A DNA stretch of 64,000 nt from an uncultured Bacteroidales bacterium. GTDB taxonomy: Bacteria; Bacteroidota; Bacteroidia; Bacteroidales; GCA-2748055. Positions 47,060 to 58,600 of the stretch are shown here, piece by piece. Location: assembly GCA_963751705.1 (NCBI GenBank), contig CAVVVN010000003.1, positions 1,658,910 through 1,722,909 on the forward strand, written 5' to 3'. The notes under the pieces were generated by a model. It had not been told where the DNA came from and did no database searches. It saw only the letters and a program-made list of their open reading frames with translations. A program made the translations under genes and the position numbers. How positions within the stretch are numbered: position 1 is the stretch's first letter; each line of letters opens with the position of its first letter.

Positions 47060-50000
47060 ATGAAACGATCAAAAACCAGCTTTAGGGAGATTATTAGCTT
47101 AGCAACTTTTGTATTCTTTTCATTGACAAGCTTTATTGGATGCAAAGAAGTGCAAAGGCTTGATGTTACCAATTTAACTTGCGAATATCTCACCAACCCC
47201 ATTGGGATTGATGAGACCAAACCACGATTAAGCTGGCAACTGGTTTCAGACCAACGGGGGCAGGAACAAACTGCATATCGCCTGCTTGTGGCAAGTTCGA
47301 AAGATAAGCTGGAGAATGATGAAGGTGATCTGTGGGATTCGGGCAGGATAACAAATGAGCAATCTCAGAACATCATTTACAGTGGAAAACCATTAAAAAC
47401 ACTTCAACAATGCTTCTGGAAAGTAAAAGTCTGGGACCTTAGCGGGCAGCCCTCCTCCTGGTCCGAACCGAATACCTGGACCATGGGGATGCTTGCTGCT
47501 TCCGATTGGAAGGCAGATTGGATCGGGGCAACTGAAAAAAGCGCCATGGATGGCATGGGCAAAGGTTTTCGCTCAAACTCGGAAAAAAGTGCAAATGCAG
47601 TAAAATGGGTGCAGGTTGATTTAGGGAAAGAGGAACTAATAGACCGTATTCTTCTTTACACGGTAAAGTATTTTCACGATTCGGTGCCCTATTATACCCC
47701 GGACCACGGATTTCCACTTCGCTTTTTTGTTGAAGTGGCCGATAATCCGGAGATGCATAATGCCAGACGGGTACTCGATCACACTGAAAAAGATTATTAC
47801 CCCCCGGGATGGCCCCATTGTCGTGTTCCAATCAAACTGGAGGATGGAGTCTCCGGGCGTTACGTTCGGATTACTGCAACCAGGCTTCGGCGGGAAAGCA
47901 ATGACGAATATTGGTTTGGATTAGCAGAAATCCAGGTCTTTTCCCCCACAGGCCGTAACCTGGCCGACGGAGCTGTGGTTGAGGCATCCGATAGCCAGGA
48001 AACAGGGGAATGGTCGGTAAGCAACCTGACCAAATATTTTAAAACCGAAGAATCCAGGGCCGTTCTACTGCGAAAAGAACTGGTGCTGGAAGAAAAACCG
48101 TTACGGGCAATTGCCTGTATGAGTGGTTTGGGAATGAGTGAACTCTATTTGAATGGCAGAAAGGTAGATGACCATAAACTCGATCCGGCAGATACCGATT
48201 ATCGTAAAAGAGTCATGTACCTCACGTATGACCTGAGCGGTGGCTTCCAAAAAGGGAAAAATGCCCTTGGCGTAATCCTCGGTAACGGATGGTACGACAT
48301 CAATTTCAGGGATATCTGGGATATTGAAGGTTCCACCTGGGCAGCACCTAAAAAACTATTGCTGCAAATTGAACTGGAATTTGCCGATGGCAGTAAACAA
48401 TCCATTGTTTCAGACGGGGATTGGAAATGGTCAAGCGGAGAAATTGTGTATAACAGCCTGCGTGGCGGTGAGACCATCGATGCCAACAGGAAGCAGCCGG
48501 GCTGGAAACTGGCAGGATTTGATGATTCTTCCTGGAAACCGGTAATAAAGCTTAATGCCCCGGAAGGACGCCTGGAATCTCAACTGCATGTTCCGAACCG
48601 TCAGACCAAAGAAGTTCGTCCGCTTAACATCCTCGAGCCTTCCCCCGGAATTTATGTGTACGATATGGGTCAGAACTTTTCCGGCTGGGTGAAATTCCAA
48701 ACATCGGGAGAAAAAGGCCAGAAGATTCAATTGAATTTTGCCGAACAATTGAATGACAAAGGAATGATCGATCAGGATCACTGGAGCTCCAGCTATATTT
48801 ACGGACGTTATCAAACCGGTGAACTGATCCTCAGTGGAGAAGATAAGGATCTTTTTGAACCGCGTTTTACTTATTTCGGATTTCAATATGTCCAGGTGGA
48901 AGGTTTATCGGCTAAACCATCGCTTGACGATATGACGGGAATCATGGTTCATGTCGATCCTGAGGAGAAAGGCAGTTTCGCCTGCTCCAACGAAAAGTTC
49001 AACCGCTTGCATTCCGTCATCACACACTCCCTTCTCAACTATACCCATCACCGGCCCCGGGATCCCGCCCGCGAAAAACTTGGATGGACACAGGATACCT
49101 GGCAGCTTGCAGAGCCTTCCTTTTACAATTATGACCTGGAATCTGTATATCGCCTTTGGTTCAGGGATATGAAAGCCGGACAGGAAGCCAGTGGGCATGT
49201 GCCTCCGGTTAATCCGTCTCCTGTATGGGGAAACTGGGGTCAGAACGGAAGTAATTTATCCTGCCCCTGGTGGGGCGGCGCTTTGCATTACGGGCCATGG
49301 CAACTCTATCATTTTACAGGCGACAAAGATTTGCTGAGGGAACTCTATCCCGGCATGAAAGCATCCCTGGATTTTATTCACAGCACTTCAAAAGAGCTAA
49401 GCATCGATTGGGGACTGGGTGACTGGGGCGAGGTAGGTACCACCGGTCCTCCCGTTAACACTCCCAGAAATTTTAGTAATACCTGCGCTTTCTACTATCT
49501 GGCGACAATTAGTGCACAGATTGCAGAGATCCTGGGTGAAAAGGAAGATGCCTTAAACTATAACAAGCTGGCGAATGACATTCGTGACGCCTTTAATAAG
49601 AAATTCCTGGATTTCAATACAGGCAGTTACGGAGAGAACAGCCAGACGAAATATGCATTACCCCTTTTATTGGGCATGGTTCCGGATGAAATTAGGGATA
49701 TGGCCGGGCAGCATCTGATTGAGGAGGTGAAACAAAAAAACGGGCATTTAAGTACCGGTTTCGTGGGAAGCATGGCGCTGATGAAAGTATTAAGCGACCT
49801 GGATCCGGAGCTGGCCTATGCCATTGCCAACCAGGAGGATGAGCCCAGCTGGTGGGGAATGATTAAAGACGGCCGCACCACTATCCCGGAGTTCTGGAAC
49901 GGAGAAGGGGTACAGAACATCGTTTCTCTGGGTGGCCCACTGGAAAACTGGTTCTATTATGGCCTGGCAGGCATTCGCCCCGATCCTGCATCACCGGGAT

Positions 50001-50296
50001 TCAAAAATTGTATCATCAAACCAGCTTTTGTGAAAGAACTTGACTGGCTCAAAGCGCACCACGATTCGCCATATGGACGCATTTCTGTGGACTGGGAACG
50101 CCAGGAGGATCAAATTCTGTTCAGGCTTACCGTTCCTGTTGGAAGTACTGCCAATGTTTATTTTCCAGGGAAAAACATTTCCGAAGGAGATATACCCGTT
50201 TCTGAAGTAGAAGGAGTCAGCTTACTGCAGTCCGAGAATGGTGCAAGCATTTATAAAATTGTGTCGGGAGATTATAATTTCAGGATCAAAATGTAA
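47060..50296 (+). CDS. GH78 alpha-L-rhamnosidase with an inserted F5/8 type C (discoidin) domain
   Basis: 1078 aa. N-terminal LTCEYLTNPIGID..KPRLSWQL.....GQ.QTAYRLLVASS...L....GDLWDSG. Discoidin-like VKWVQVDLGKEELIDRILLY...YVRITATRL...FGLAEIQVF at about aa 180-300. C-terminal (alpha/alpha)6 and beta-sandwich domains (GFKN.IIKPAFV..L.W..A.H.SPYG.I...W). Confidence 0.85.
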   Translation: MKRSKTSFREIISLATFVFFSLTSFIGCKEVQRLDVTNLTCEYLTNPIGIDETKPRLSWQLVSDQRGQEQTAYRLLVASSKDKLENDEGDLWDSGRITNEQSQNIIYSGKPLKTLQQCFWKVKVWDLSGQPSSWSEPNTWTMGMLAASDWKADWIGATEKSAMDGMGKGFRSNSEKSANAVKWVQVDLGKEELIDRILLYTVKYFHDSVPYYTPDHGFPLRFFVEVADNPEMHNARRVLDHTEKDYYPPGWPHCRVPIKLEDGVSGRYVRITATRLRRESNDEYWFGLAEIQVFSPTGRNLADGAVVEASDSQETGEWSVSNLTKYFKTEESRAVLLRKELVLEEKPLRAIACMSGLGMSELYLNGRKVDDHKLDPADTDYRKRVMYLTYDLSGGFQKGKNALGVILGNGWYDINFRDIWDIEGSTWAAPKKLLLQIELEFADGSKQSIVSDGDWKWSSGEIVYNSLRGGETIDANRKQPGWKLAGFDDSSWKPVIKLNAPEGRLESQLHVPNRQTKEVRPLNILEPSPGIYVYDMGQNFSGWVKFQTSGEKGQKIQLNFAEQLNDKGMIDQDHWSSSYIYGRYQTGELILSGEDKDLFEPRFTYFGFQYVQVEGLSAKPSLDDMTGIMVHVDPEEKGSFACSNEKFNRLHSVITHSLLNYTHHRPRDPAREKLGWTQDTWQLAEPSFYNYDLESVYRLWFRDMKAGQEASGHVPPVNPSPVWGNWGQNGSNLSCPWWGGALHYGPWQLYHFTGDKDLLRELYPGMKASLDFIHSTSKELSIDWGLGDWGEVGTTGPPVNTPRNFSNTCAFYYLATISAQIAEILGEKEDALNYNKLANDIRDAFNKKFLDFNTGSYGENSQTKYALPLLLGMVPDEIRDMAGQHLIEEVKQKNGHLSTGFVGSMALMKVLSDLDPELAYAIANQEDEPSWWGMIKDGRTTIPEFWNGEGVQNIVSLGGPLENWFYYGLAGIRPDPASPGFKNCIIKPAFVKELDWLKAHHDSPYGRISVDWERQEDQILFRLTVPVGSTANVYFPGKNISEGDIPVSEVEGVSLLQSENGASIYKIVSGDYNFRIKM

Positions 50297-50333
50297 ATAA
50301 AAATAGAAAAATGGCATCTCTATTTCTTAAAAC

Positions 50334-51470
50334 ATGCTAAACAAAACTATGAAAAGAACCCTTCTGGTTCTTCCGATTATAATTGTTGTCTGCTGCCTTT
50401 GGACTGCCTGTTCAAGCGGGGGTAGCTGCCAGAACAGCGATGTATCCGAATCTGCATTCAATATTGATGATCAAACCGTAAAACTCTGGTCGGAACCTTA
50501 CAGGGGCTGGCAGTACCATCCTGGTCATGTGATTCTTCCGGAACCGGATATCGAAGGCTTTGAAGATGTTATGATGACGGATGTCCCCACGGTTTTCCAG
50601 TTGCAAGGGGAAAAAAAATGGTACATGAGCTTCATCGGCTATGACGGGCATGGGTATCAATCTTTTATTGCAGAGAGCCAGGATCTTGTAGACTGGGATC
50701 ATGTGAGCCTGGCCATGGGTTACGGGCCCGAAGGAGCATTCGACTACGGGGGAGTGGTACTGGGTGCCTACCTCTATGCGGATTACGGGATAAAATCGCC
50801 CCGCATCCTGAAGGACATGGATGGTAAGTATTACTCTCTGTATGGTTCTTACCCCCGGCAGGGCGGCTATGAACTCCGGCCAGGTTACGAAGGCGTCGCC
50901 TGGAGTGAAGATGGGATCAGCTGGGAACGAGCCAAAGACGAACCCATCCTTTCCGTTTATCAGGAGGACTGCGGTACCTGGGAAAAGGATTGCATTTACC
51001 AGCCCTGGCTGCTTGAGCATGAGGGCACCTACTACAATTTCTACAATGCGGCCAAGGGGAACATCGAGCAGCTGGGTATGGCCACTTCAGTTGACCTGCT
51101 CCACTGGGAGCGCTACGAACACAACCCGGTGATTCCCGTGGGTGCGGAAGGCAGCTTTAACGAGCGCTTCTCTTCCGATGCAAAGGTATTCTGGGATAAA
51201 GATCACTGGATTTCTTTCTTTTTCGGAGTGGGACAGGGCGGTGCACACATTATGGCTGCATTCTCCCGGGATCTTTACCACTGGACTGTCGATCCCGAGC
51301 CCCTGTACAAAGCCGGGGGAAATCCCTCGGGCCTGGATGGGCAATATGCCCATAAGATCTCCCTGGTTTGGAATCCCTCCAATGAAACCTACTATATGTT
51401 CTACTGTGCCGTTGATAAAAAGAATAGAAGAGGCATTGGATTGATCACCAGCAAGCCTCTTGATCCATAG
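50334..51470 (+). CDS. five-bladed beta-propeller glycoside hydrolase-like protein (GH43/GH32/GH130-like), lipoprotein
   Basis: Lipobox WTACSS. Repeated blade patterns (KWYMSFIGYDG, SQDLVDWDH, YYSLYGSYP, SEDGISWER, YYNFYNAA, SVDLLHWERYEHNPV, YYMFYCAVD). Similar to the C-terminal domain of the 55600-59451 product. Confidence 0.55.
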   Translation: MLNKTMKRTLLVLPIIIVVCCLWTACSSGGSCQNSDVSESAFNIDDQTVKLWSEPYRGWQYHPGHVILPEPDIEGFEDVMMTDVPTVFQLQGEKKWYMSFIGYDGHGYQSFIAESQDLVDWDHVSLAMGYGPEGAFDYGGVVLGAYLYADYGIKSPRILKDMDGKYYSLYGSYPRQGGYELRPGYEGVAWSEDGISWERAKDEPILSVYQEDCGTWEKDCIYQPWLLEHEGTYYNFYNAAKGNIEQLGMATSVDLLHWERYEHNPVIPVGAEGSFNERFSSDAKVFWDKDHWISFFFGVGQGGAHIMAAFSRDLYHWTVDPEPLYKAGGNPSGLDGQYAHKISLVWNPSNETYYMFYCAVDKKNRRGIGLITSKPLDP

Positions 51471-51505
51471 AGGAGGGTCTGAAACGCATTCGCATTTACT
51501 ACAAA

Positions 51506-52783
51506 TTATCCATTCTTTATCCGGTTTGTAATCTGTCTGTGCCATTTCACATCTTCCCACATACCCCGAAAATGTGGATGTGTGAAGTTGGAAGTACATA
51601 TAAACCTGTATTCATTGTGTTTTAAAGCCAGGTCCACGCAAATTTCAGCACTTTCCCTCATCCATCTCCAGTCAATTTCGGGATGGTCGAGCCATAAAAC
51701 AGAGCCCCAGCCTTCGGTGTTCCCACAAACTACATTTTGTTTTCTTGCATCAGCGGCTACCATCGAAATCTGCCCATCCATCCAGTCAACCAGGCTTTGT
51801 TTATGCTCATTCCAATACTCTTTTAACCCGGCATAAACCTTTCTGAAATCGTGTTCTATCTTTCTTCCGCCTATGATATCTGTTCCCGGAATAGAACCAT
51901 TATGCTGAAACCAGACATGATTATCAATGGCATCGAAATTTGCTTTTTCGACATTATTATACGACCAGGTATGCAGTGAAGCAAAATAATCAAACTGTGG
52001 ATATGCCTTGCGCATATCGTTTATCAGGCCGTTCAGGAAGTCGTTATAAAATATCTTTTTCAGCTGATTACCCTGTTCTTTTTCCGGGAAATCAGGCAGG
52101 TGGGCATCTGGATTGTCGAGCTTGTATTTTTTTATATCCGAGCGCTGGTTCATCTCGTTTTTCAGCCAGTCGAAACCATGAACATCGGGATACTCATTGA
52201 GCAAATCCACGTACATAATATTATCATCAAGGAGCTGATTCTTATCCAGGAAATCAAGCGTTTCTTTCCAGGCTCTTAGCAGCCCCCCTTCTTCCATAAA
52301 TATTCCGCTGCGTTCAGTTTCATGCTTTAAAAACCAGGTGGCAAGCCCCACTTTTATGCCGTATTTTTTACATTTTGGCAAAAACTCCAAAAGCGCTTCA
52401 CGTGGCCTGAATGACATACTGAAGTCGTTGCCCCATAAGGACGGAGTCCAATCCTTCTTAACAGCCCTGAATTCTTCCTGTATGTTGCCATCGGTATCAG
52501 CTGCAACAAACTGGGGCATTACATCCATTCGTATAGAGTCGTACCCTCTTTCCGAAAGTCCTTCAAGGGCTGCATCCCAGTTTTCGAATTCACCGTAGCG
52601 ATGATGACGTAAAATCCAGCTGAAATCCCACATGGCTATAGCTGTATTTTTCCTTAATTCAGAAATTTTTGAGCTGCTTATAAGAGGTTCAGGAGCCATA
52701 TTATTTCCCAGGCTTTTCATGGAGCCAGTCATCAGAGCACCTGTTCCGGCAGTTGATACATAGATGAATTTTCTACGTTTCAT
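51506..52783 (-). CDS. TAT-exported TIM-barrel glycoside hydrolase-like protein (cellulase-like/GH5-like)
   Basis: Leader MKRRKFIYVSTAGTGALMTG. ERGYDSIRMDV, and VDLLNEYPD (an NE acid/base context). 425 aa. The family assignment is tentative. Confidence 0.45.
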   Translation of the reverse strand: MKRRKFIYVSTAGTGALMTGSMKSLGNNMAPEPLISSSKISELRKNTAIAMWDFSWILRHHRYGEFENWDAALEGLSERGYDSIRMDVMPQFVAADTDGNIQEEFRAVKKDWTPSLWGNDFSMSFRPREALLEFLPKCKKYGIKVGLATWFLKHETERSGIFMEEGGLLRAWKETLDFLDKNQLLDDNIMYVDLLNEYPDVHGFDWLKNEMNQRSDIKKYKLDNPDAHLPDFPEKEQGNQLKKIFYNDFLNGLINDMRKAYPQFDYFASLHTWSYNNVEKANFDAIDNHVWFQHNGSIPGTDIIGGRKIEHDFRKVYAGLKEYWNEHKQSLVDWMDGQISMVAADARKQNVVCGNTEGWGSVLWLDHPEIDWRWMRESAEICVDLALKHNEYRFICTSNFTHPHFRGMWEDVKWHRQITNRIKNG

Positions 52784-52885
52784 GTTAATTTTGCAATTAT
52801 ATTAACCAAATAAAAATTCATAGACCTATTCACCAGCAAGCCCCTTGATTCCTGGGAAGCCCGAAACCTTGCTTGCAGTAAAGGC

Positions 52886-55603
52886 TTAGTCCAGTGTACT
52901 TCCAAAACTATAGGTTCCGGATTCCACTTCATACACACTGCTTTCATCTTCATTTCCAATAAAAGTAACTCCAATGGCATCTTCAACAGGTAAGCCACTT
53001 TCTGTGATTTTATTGCCCTGAACATATACAGTTGCAGTACTGTTAGCCGGAATAGTTACATCCCATTTAAATTGATCCGCCTCAATTCTCCAGTTGCTGA
53101 CAATGTTACCGTATTGGGATTCGTAGTTGCATTTTACCCAATCGACACTCTTAACCAGTGCCGGACGAAGAATGATGTTTTTGAAACCCGGATTTTCAGG
53201 ATCCCATTGGATTCCGGCCAGACCCCGGTAAAACCAGCCACCTATGTAGGGGAAGCAGGAGTGTATCTGTGAATAATATCCGTTCCATTGTTCCCAGCAG
53301 GTGGTTGCGCCTTTTTCTACCATATATCCCCAACCCGGGTAGGTCTTTTGGTTCACCATAATATCGATCAGGTCATTCCGGTTATTTTCAAGCAGGTAAT
53401 CAAAGGTGATCTGTGTACCAATCATTCCGGTGTTCAGGTGCCCCTTATCCTTCACCAGCATCGTTTGAACATACTTTTCGAACACGGCCTTCTTTAGCTC
53501 GTCGGGAGTAATTCCGGTTTGTAAGGGAAAGATGAGGTAGGGCTGTTCTCCGTTTGCATAGGTAGAGTCTTCCGGATTGAACCACTTCTCATGGATCAGC
53601 TTTTTGTGCGATGTTCAATTCTTGCTTAAAGGCTGCAACATCGTCTGTCTTATGGAGAATCGTTCCCACTTTCATCATAATCTGAAGCAGGTGCGTCCGG
53701 TAACAGTTGTTAAAAAAACGACGGGAGTTATCATCTACCCATTCGCTTTTATCCATTCCTCTGCGTGGAGGTACCCAGTCGCCCAGATTGTTCCATTTCT
53801 CACCGGGGAAAATATCCTGAAGCACTCCATCTTTACTATGTGCACCAAGGTATTCCAAATAACGTTTCATATACGGATACCCGGTTTCGAAGAAGCTTCG
53901 TGTCCCTGTAGAAGAGGTAGGTTTTCCACGGAACCACAATACTCATGGCCCCCCATGCCGGTCCGCCACCGGTTCCATGCGGAGTTGGTGCAACAAAGGG
54001 GACAAAACCATCTTCTTTCTGCTCGTCCCACCAGTTTTGTGACCACTTGGTGTAGAGGGTGGACGCATCGAAATTGTAACACCCAACATCCATGGCAGTT
54101 TGTCCATCTCCATAACCAACTCGTTCCCGATGCGGACAATCTACGGTCTGCCCCCCCAGGTTTAAGGCCCGATAGGTCCATCGAACCATATGGTGTATGC
54201 GCATTGTAAAGGTCATTTGAACAGGTAAATGAACCGCTTTCAGGAACTTCCGTTTCAACCGGAATTGCTACCAGGTCTTCCTTTTTGGGAATATAGCTTA
54301 AGCCTTCAATCAATGCATAACGATAACCATGATAGTTAAACACATTCATAAACTGTTCATCTTCCTCTCCGGCAGAGATAAACTCATCCCTTTGATTATA
54401 GGTGGCAAATCCCTTATGTGCCATATTGAGACGCCATGCTTCTTCCGGAGCCCGGCCATCCAGATCGGCATAATGAATGGTGACTTTCTGACCTGCATCG
54501 AGATTACGAAACTTCATCTTCAGCATACCGGTCAGGTTGGTGCCAAAATCAACAAGCACAGTTGTATCATCCAGCAGTTCAATGGATACCGGCGCAATTT
54601 CATCCAGTTGGATGTTATTCCGGCATAGCTGGGCAGTGCACGGCACATCGGATGCTTCCACAATTACAACAGGCTTCCAGTTATTTATTGAGCTTTCTTC
54701 ATTCCACCATTGCCTGTCAATTAAACGTGCATCCAGCAACTCTCCGCCAAATTTTCCCCAGCGCCATTCTCCAATGAGGGATCTTGCACTTGCTTTGCTT
54801 TCCCACGATGTATCAGTGACAATGCGTTGATTTGTTTCACCAGGAATTTCAAGTTGTGCCCGTACAACCGGGCTGTGGTGCTTAACACCGGGCAATCCGG
54901 GAGAATACCAGCCTGTCCCCATCCAGATTCCAATACTGTTCTTTCCTTTTTTCAGGTAGCCGGCTACATCGTAGGTCTGGTAGTAGCTTCGTTCATTGAA
55001 ATTTGATACGGCAGGTGCAAGCACTTCCTTGCCCACTTTTTCGCCATTTATGAAAAGCTCAAAGTAACCCAATGCAGCCAGGTAGATGGGTGCACGTTCA
55101 GGAACATCGTCCAGATGAAATGAATGCCTGTAATATGGTGCGGTGACCGAGTCAGGTGACCCGATCCATTGAGCAGTCCAGTCTTCCTTTTCCAGCAATC
55201 CCATGGACCAGTATGCCGGTTCGCTCCATGCAGATGGAGTGCCGTCTTTGTCCCATGTCCTTACTTTCCAGAAGCACTCCATACGAGAATGAAGCGGGGT
55301 GCCCTTGTATGCAACATGCCTTGATTGATCGGATTCTACCTTACCTGAATCCCAGAGATCACCCTCATCTTTCGCCAGCCTTTGCCGTGAGCTTGCCACC
55401 AGCAGGCGATAGGCCGTTTGTTTCTGCCCACGCTGGTCTGATTCCAGCTGCCAGCTCAACTGTGGCGCTTTTGCATCAATACCCTGGGGATCAGTGAAAT
55501 ATTCGCAGCTTAAATGGGTAACTCGAATCGTCGGGTCTTTCTTGCATCCAATAAAGCTTGCTACTGATAAGAATACTAAAGTAATGGTGATCAGTGGTTT
55601 CAT
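52886..55603 (-). pseudogene. GH78 alpha-L-rhamnosidase pseudogene split by at least three frameshifts
   Basis: Four consecutive minus-strand ORF pieces (55603-54200, 54205-53890, 53895-53600, 53605-52886, approximate) read collinearly with the intact paralogue at 47060-50296. They run from the N-terminus (LSCEYFTDPQGID..APQLSWQL...GQKQTAYRLLVASS) to the C-terminus (GFKNIILRPALV..VDWVKCNYESQYGNIVSNW). The frame changes at about 54199-54203, 53886-53896 and the T5 run at 53601-53605. Confidence 0.8.
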
Positions 55604-58600
55604 AAAATTACCTGAATGTGCATTAAAGAAATTATTTGAAATCCTGATTCTGGCCAGGTACAGTAAGTGGCAGATCCAGCCAGGCCAGGCCCACACTGCG
55701 TTTCATATGACTGGTGCTTGTTGCCTCCCGGAGCATCGTAGAAGAGAGCCAGACGATTGCCGGCTTTAATAACAGATGGCAGTCCAATACACTTATCTGA
55801 CCAGTTACAGTTTTTACCGTCAAGCACAATGGCTTTATTTCTGGGATCCCATTGGTTCAGGTCTTTGCTCCAGTATACCCAGATGGCATCGGTAAATTCC
55901 CTTCCCTCCTCCACACCAATGTGGTTGGTAAACAGGAACCAGGTCTCGTTGCTTTCTTCATAATAAAGCGAGGAATTCTCAATCTGCTCTTCCACTGGAA
56001 CCAGGGGTGCAGGATCAACCCTCCATGAACCATCGAGATCCTTTGTGCGGGCAATACCCAGTGTGCGTTGAACATACTGGCTTTCAGGAGTCCGGGTTGT
56101 TGAGCTAAAGAACTGGAGATACGCATCTCCATGCTTAATGACATGGCCCGGACTCGCAGTAATGGAATAGTAGGTGCCCGGCTTGGTTCGGAAAGGAACT
56201 ACATCTTTCTGTTTGATCCACGGGCCTGCCGGGCTGCCTCCCTGGGCTTTCATGGTCAGATAGGGAAAAGAAGGAACCAGGTCCGGGGGATCGCTTGCAT
56301 TGGGGGTGCCCAGGTAGAACATGTGCCACGTTTTACCATCGTAAAAGGTGACCCCATAACTGGCACTTGCCGCGTCGTCCTGTCCTTCTTTACCAAAGTC
56401 GAGGACCGGGCCCCTCTTTTCCCAGTTCACAAGGTCTTTGCTTACTGCGAGTGAGCTGAGCCATCCTTCAGGTCCTGCTGCATCATAATGCATGTAATAA
56501 GTACCATTGGCCTCAAATACCCAGGCATCGCGTGCCCCCAGAATATCACACTGATCCGGGCCGTCTCCGTACCGAAGAACAATGCCATGATCCTGCACAT
56601 CCATTCTCAAGTGTGCTTCCGGTCGGTCGTCGCTGTACTTCTGGACTTCTGCCGGCCCGGACATTCCCCATTCCACCCCCGCAAGACCACTTGACACTGG
56701 AGTTTTATAAGACCTGGTCCAGGCCACGGCGGTCTGGTTATCCTTCAAGCTTCCGCAATAATTGGCCAGGGTGGTGGTCAGCACGATCTCTAGGCGGTTG
56801 CTTCCCGGCTTCCAGAGGGATCCAACTTCATAGATGTGATTCCCGTACCAATTCATACCTGCGGATTCTCCGTTGATCCTGAGCTCGCTCACTCCTTCAT
56901 TCACATCTGCCAGGCAGATATAATCCCGGCTTTCGGAATTATCGATGACTGTGGAATAGGTGACAGTCCCCGAGAAATTCCGGATTGCATCGTCGGCGGA
57001 TGTCCTGAAATCAATCAGTTCCTCAATTTGCCGGGTAAATACGGACCCATCCACCTGTTCGAATTTCACTTCCCACAGGGTCTCCAGTGGCTGTCTTTTT
57101 GCCGGAACCGCCCTGCTTGAATACAGGGGCAGATCCAGCTTTTCGGGTTCAAATACTACCAGTGCCGACTCGAGAGCATCCAGCTTGAGCTGGAGCTCAT
57201 TGCTATTCTCATATGCCAGGGCAAAGCGCTCCCCGCTCCGGGGATCCCACAGATAAGGGAACTTATTCCCGGTATCGAAACTGGCCTCAAATTCAACGGC
57301 CTCGCTTCGATGGGAATTGACAAAGAAATAGATCTCCTGCTCACCCCTGCTTTGCATCAGGGTATAGAGGTGGCCGAAAGCCTGATTGATATGCACATGC
57401 GGATCCAGCTCCATGCGTTCAAACAGGGAGGCGGTCCAATCCAGCAGGTCGGCAGATTCTTCGGGGGCCGGGACCAGGTGTACATTACCCTGTTCCATTG
57501 CTGACTTTATATGGGCTTTCACCTCCAGGTCGTTATCCACTGCATCCACGAGGGAAAGGGAGCGTTCAGGCAGTTGCCCGATGAAAACAACCTTCCCCCC
57601 GGCACTGGCAAAAGCACTGATCTTTTGAGCTGCACGGGGAGAAAGGGATCTCACATCCGTAAGGATCAGGGCACTATAGGCCATGTTCCCGCAGATCAGC
57701 TTTCCGCCCCCTGTCTCTGAGTCTTCCAGCATGGAAGAGTGCAGGTAGTCACAGGAGCTTCCCAGGTTACTGATAGGTTCCCAGAGCCTGGCATAATACC
57801 AGGGCCGGGTATTGAAGGGCGGTCGCGTGGGACCCACCTCGGCCCAGAAATCGTCCAGACGGCCAACTACGGCCACGTCCGCCACAGGATCGGAGTGCTG
57901 GAAAACAGCGGATAAGCGGGCGTTGTAGTCGGCCCAGTTTCGGAAGTACTTCCACCAGGTGTTCTGCTCGCTAAAATAAGCTCCGTAACGGATCCAGCCA
58001 GGAAATCCCGCCTCCGGGGGGGAGTAATTGAAGCCATGAAGCACCGAATGGTTAATCCCGGTAATGAAGTTCATATCATCCGATTGCTTGATGGTCTCCA
58101 GGGAGGTACGGAATACCCCCTGTGTATTGGTCATGGCTTCACAGCTGGTGATCTTCCGGCCTCTAATATGCGCCCCGGTGGAAGCTGCTTTGTTCCAGAG
58201 CATGTAGCCATGTCCCTGGTTCCAGGTATAGGCATCACTAGCCGCCTCGTCCCTGCCCTGGGAATAGATCCAGTTATTGCTTTCCGGGATGTCGGGAATC
58301 AGGTTGCCCTGGAAGAGCCCCATGTAATAGGGAGTTCCATAGGCCTGGTAGCGGCATAACAAGCCATTTTCTGTACAGAAATGCTGGAATTCCCGGGTGA
58401 ACCTTTCCAGAAAAACATTGATCAGGACCTGGTAGAAGTCATACTGGACCCTGTTCAGCTGATCGGCCAGTTCTTCCGAAGTCTCATAGGTATTGGGCTG
58501 ATTATGTGGTTGTACCACAAAGGGCAGATAGGGCGTGATATCATAGCCCTTTCTTTCGCGGAACACAGAGGCCATGTCGTCGGTCCAGTTGGAACCTCCC

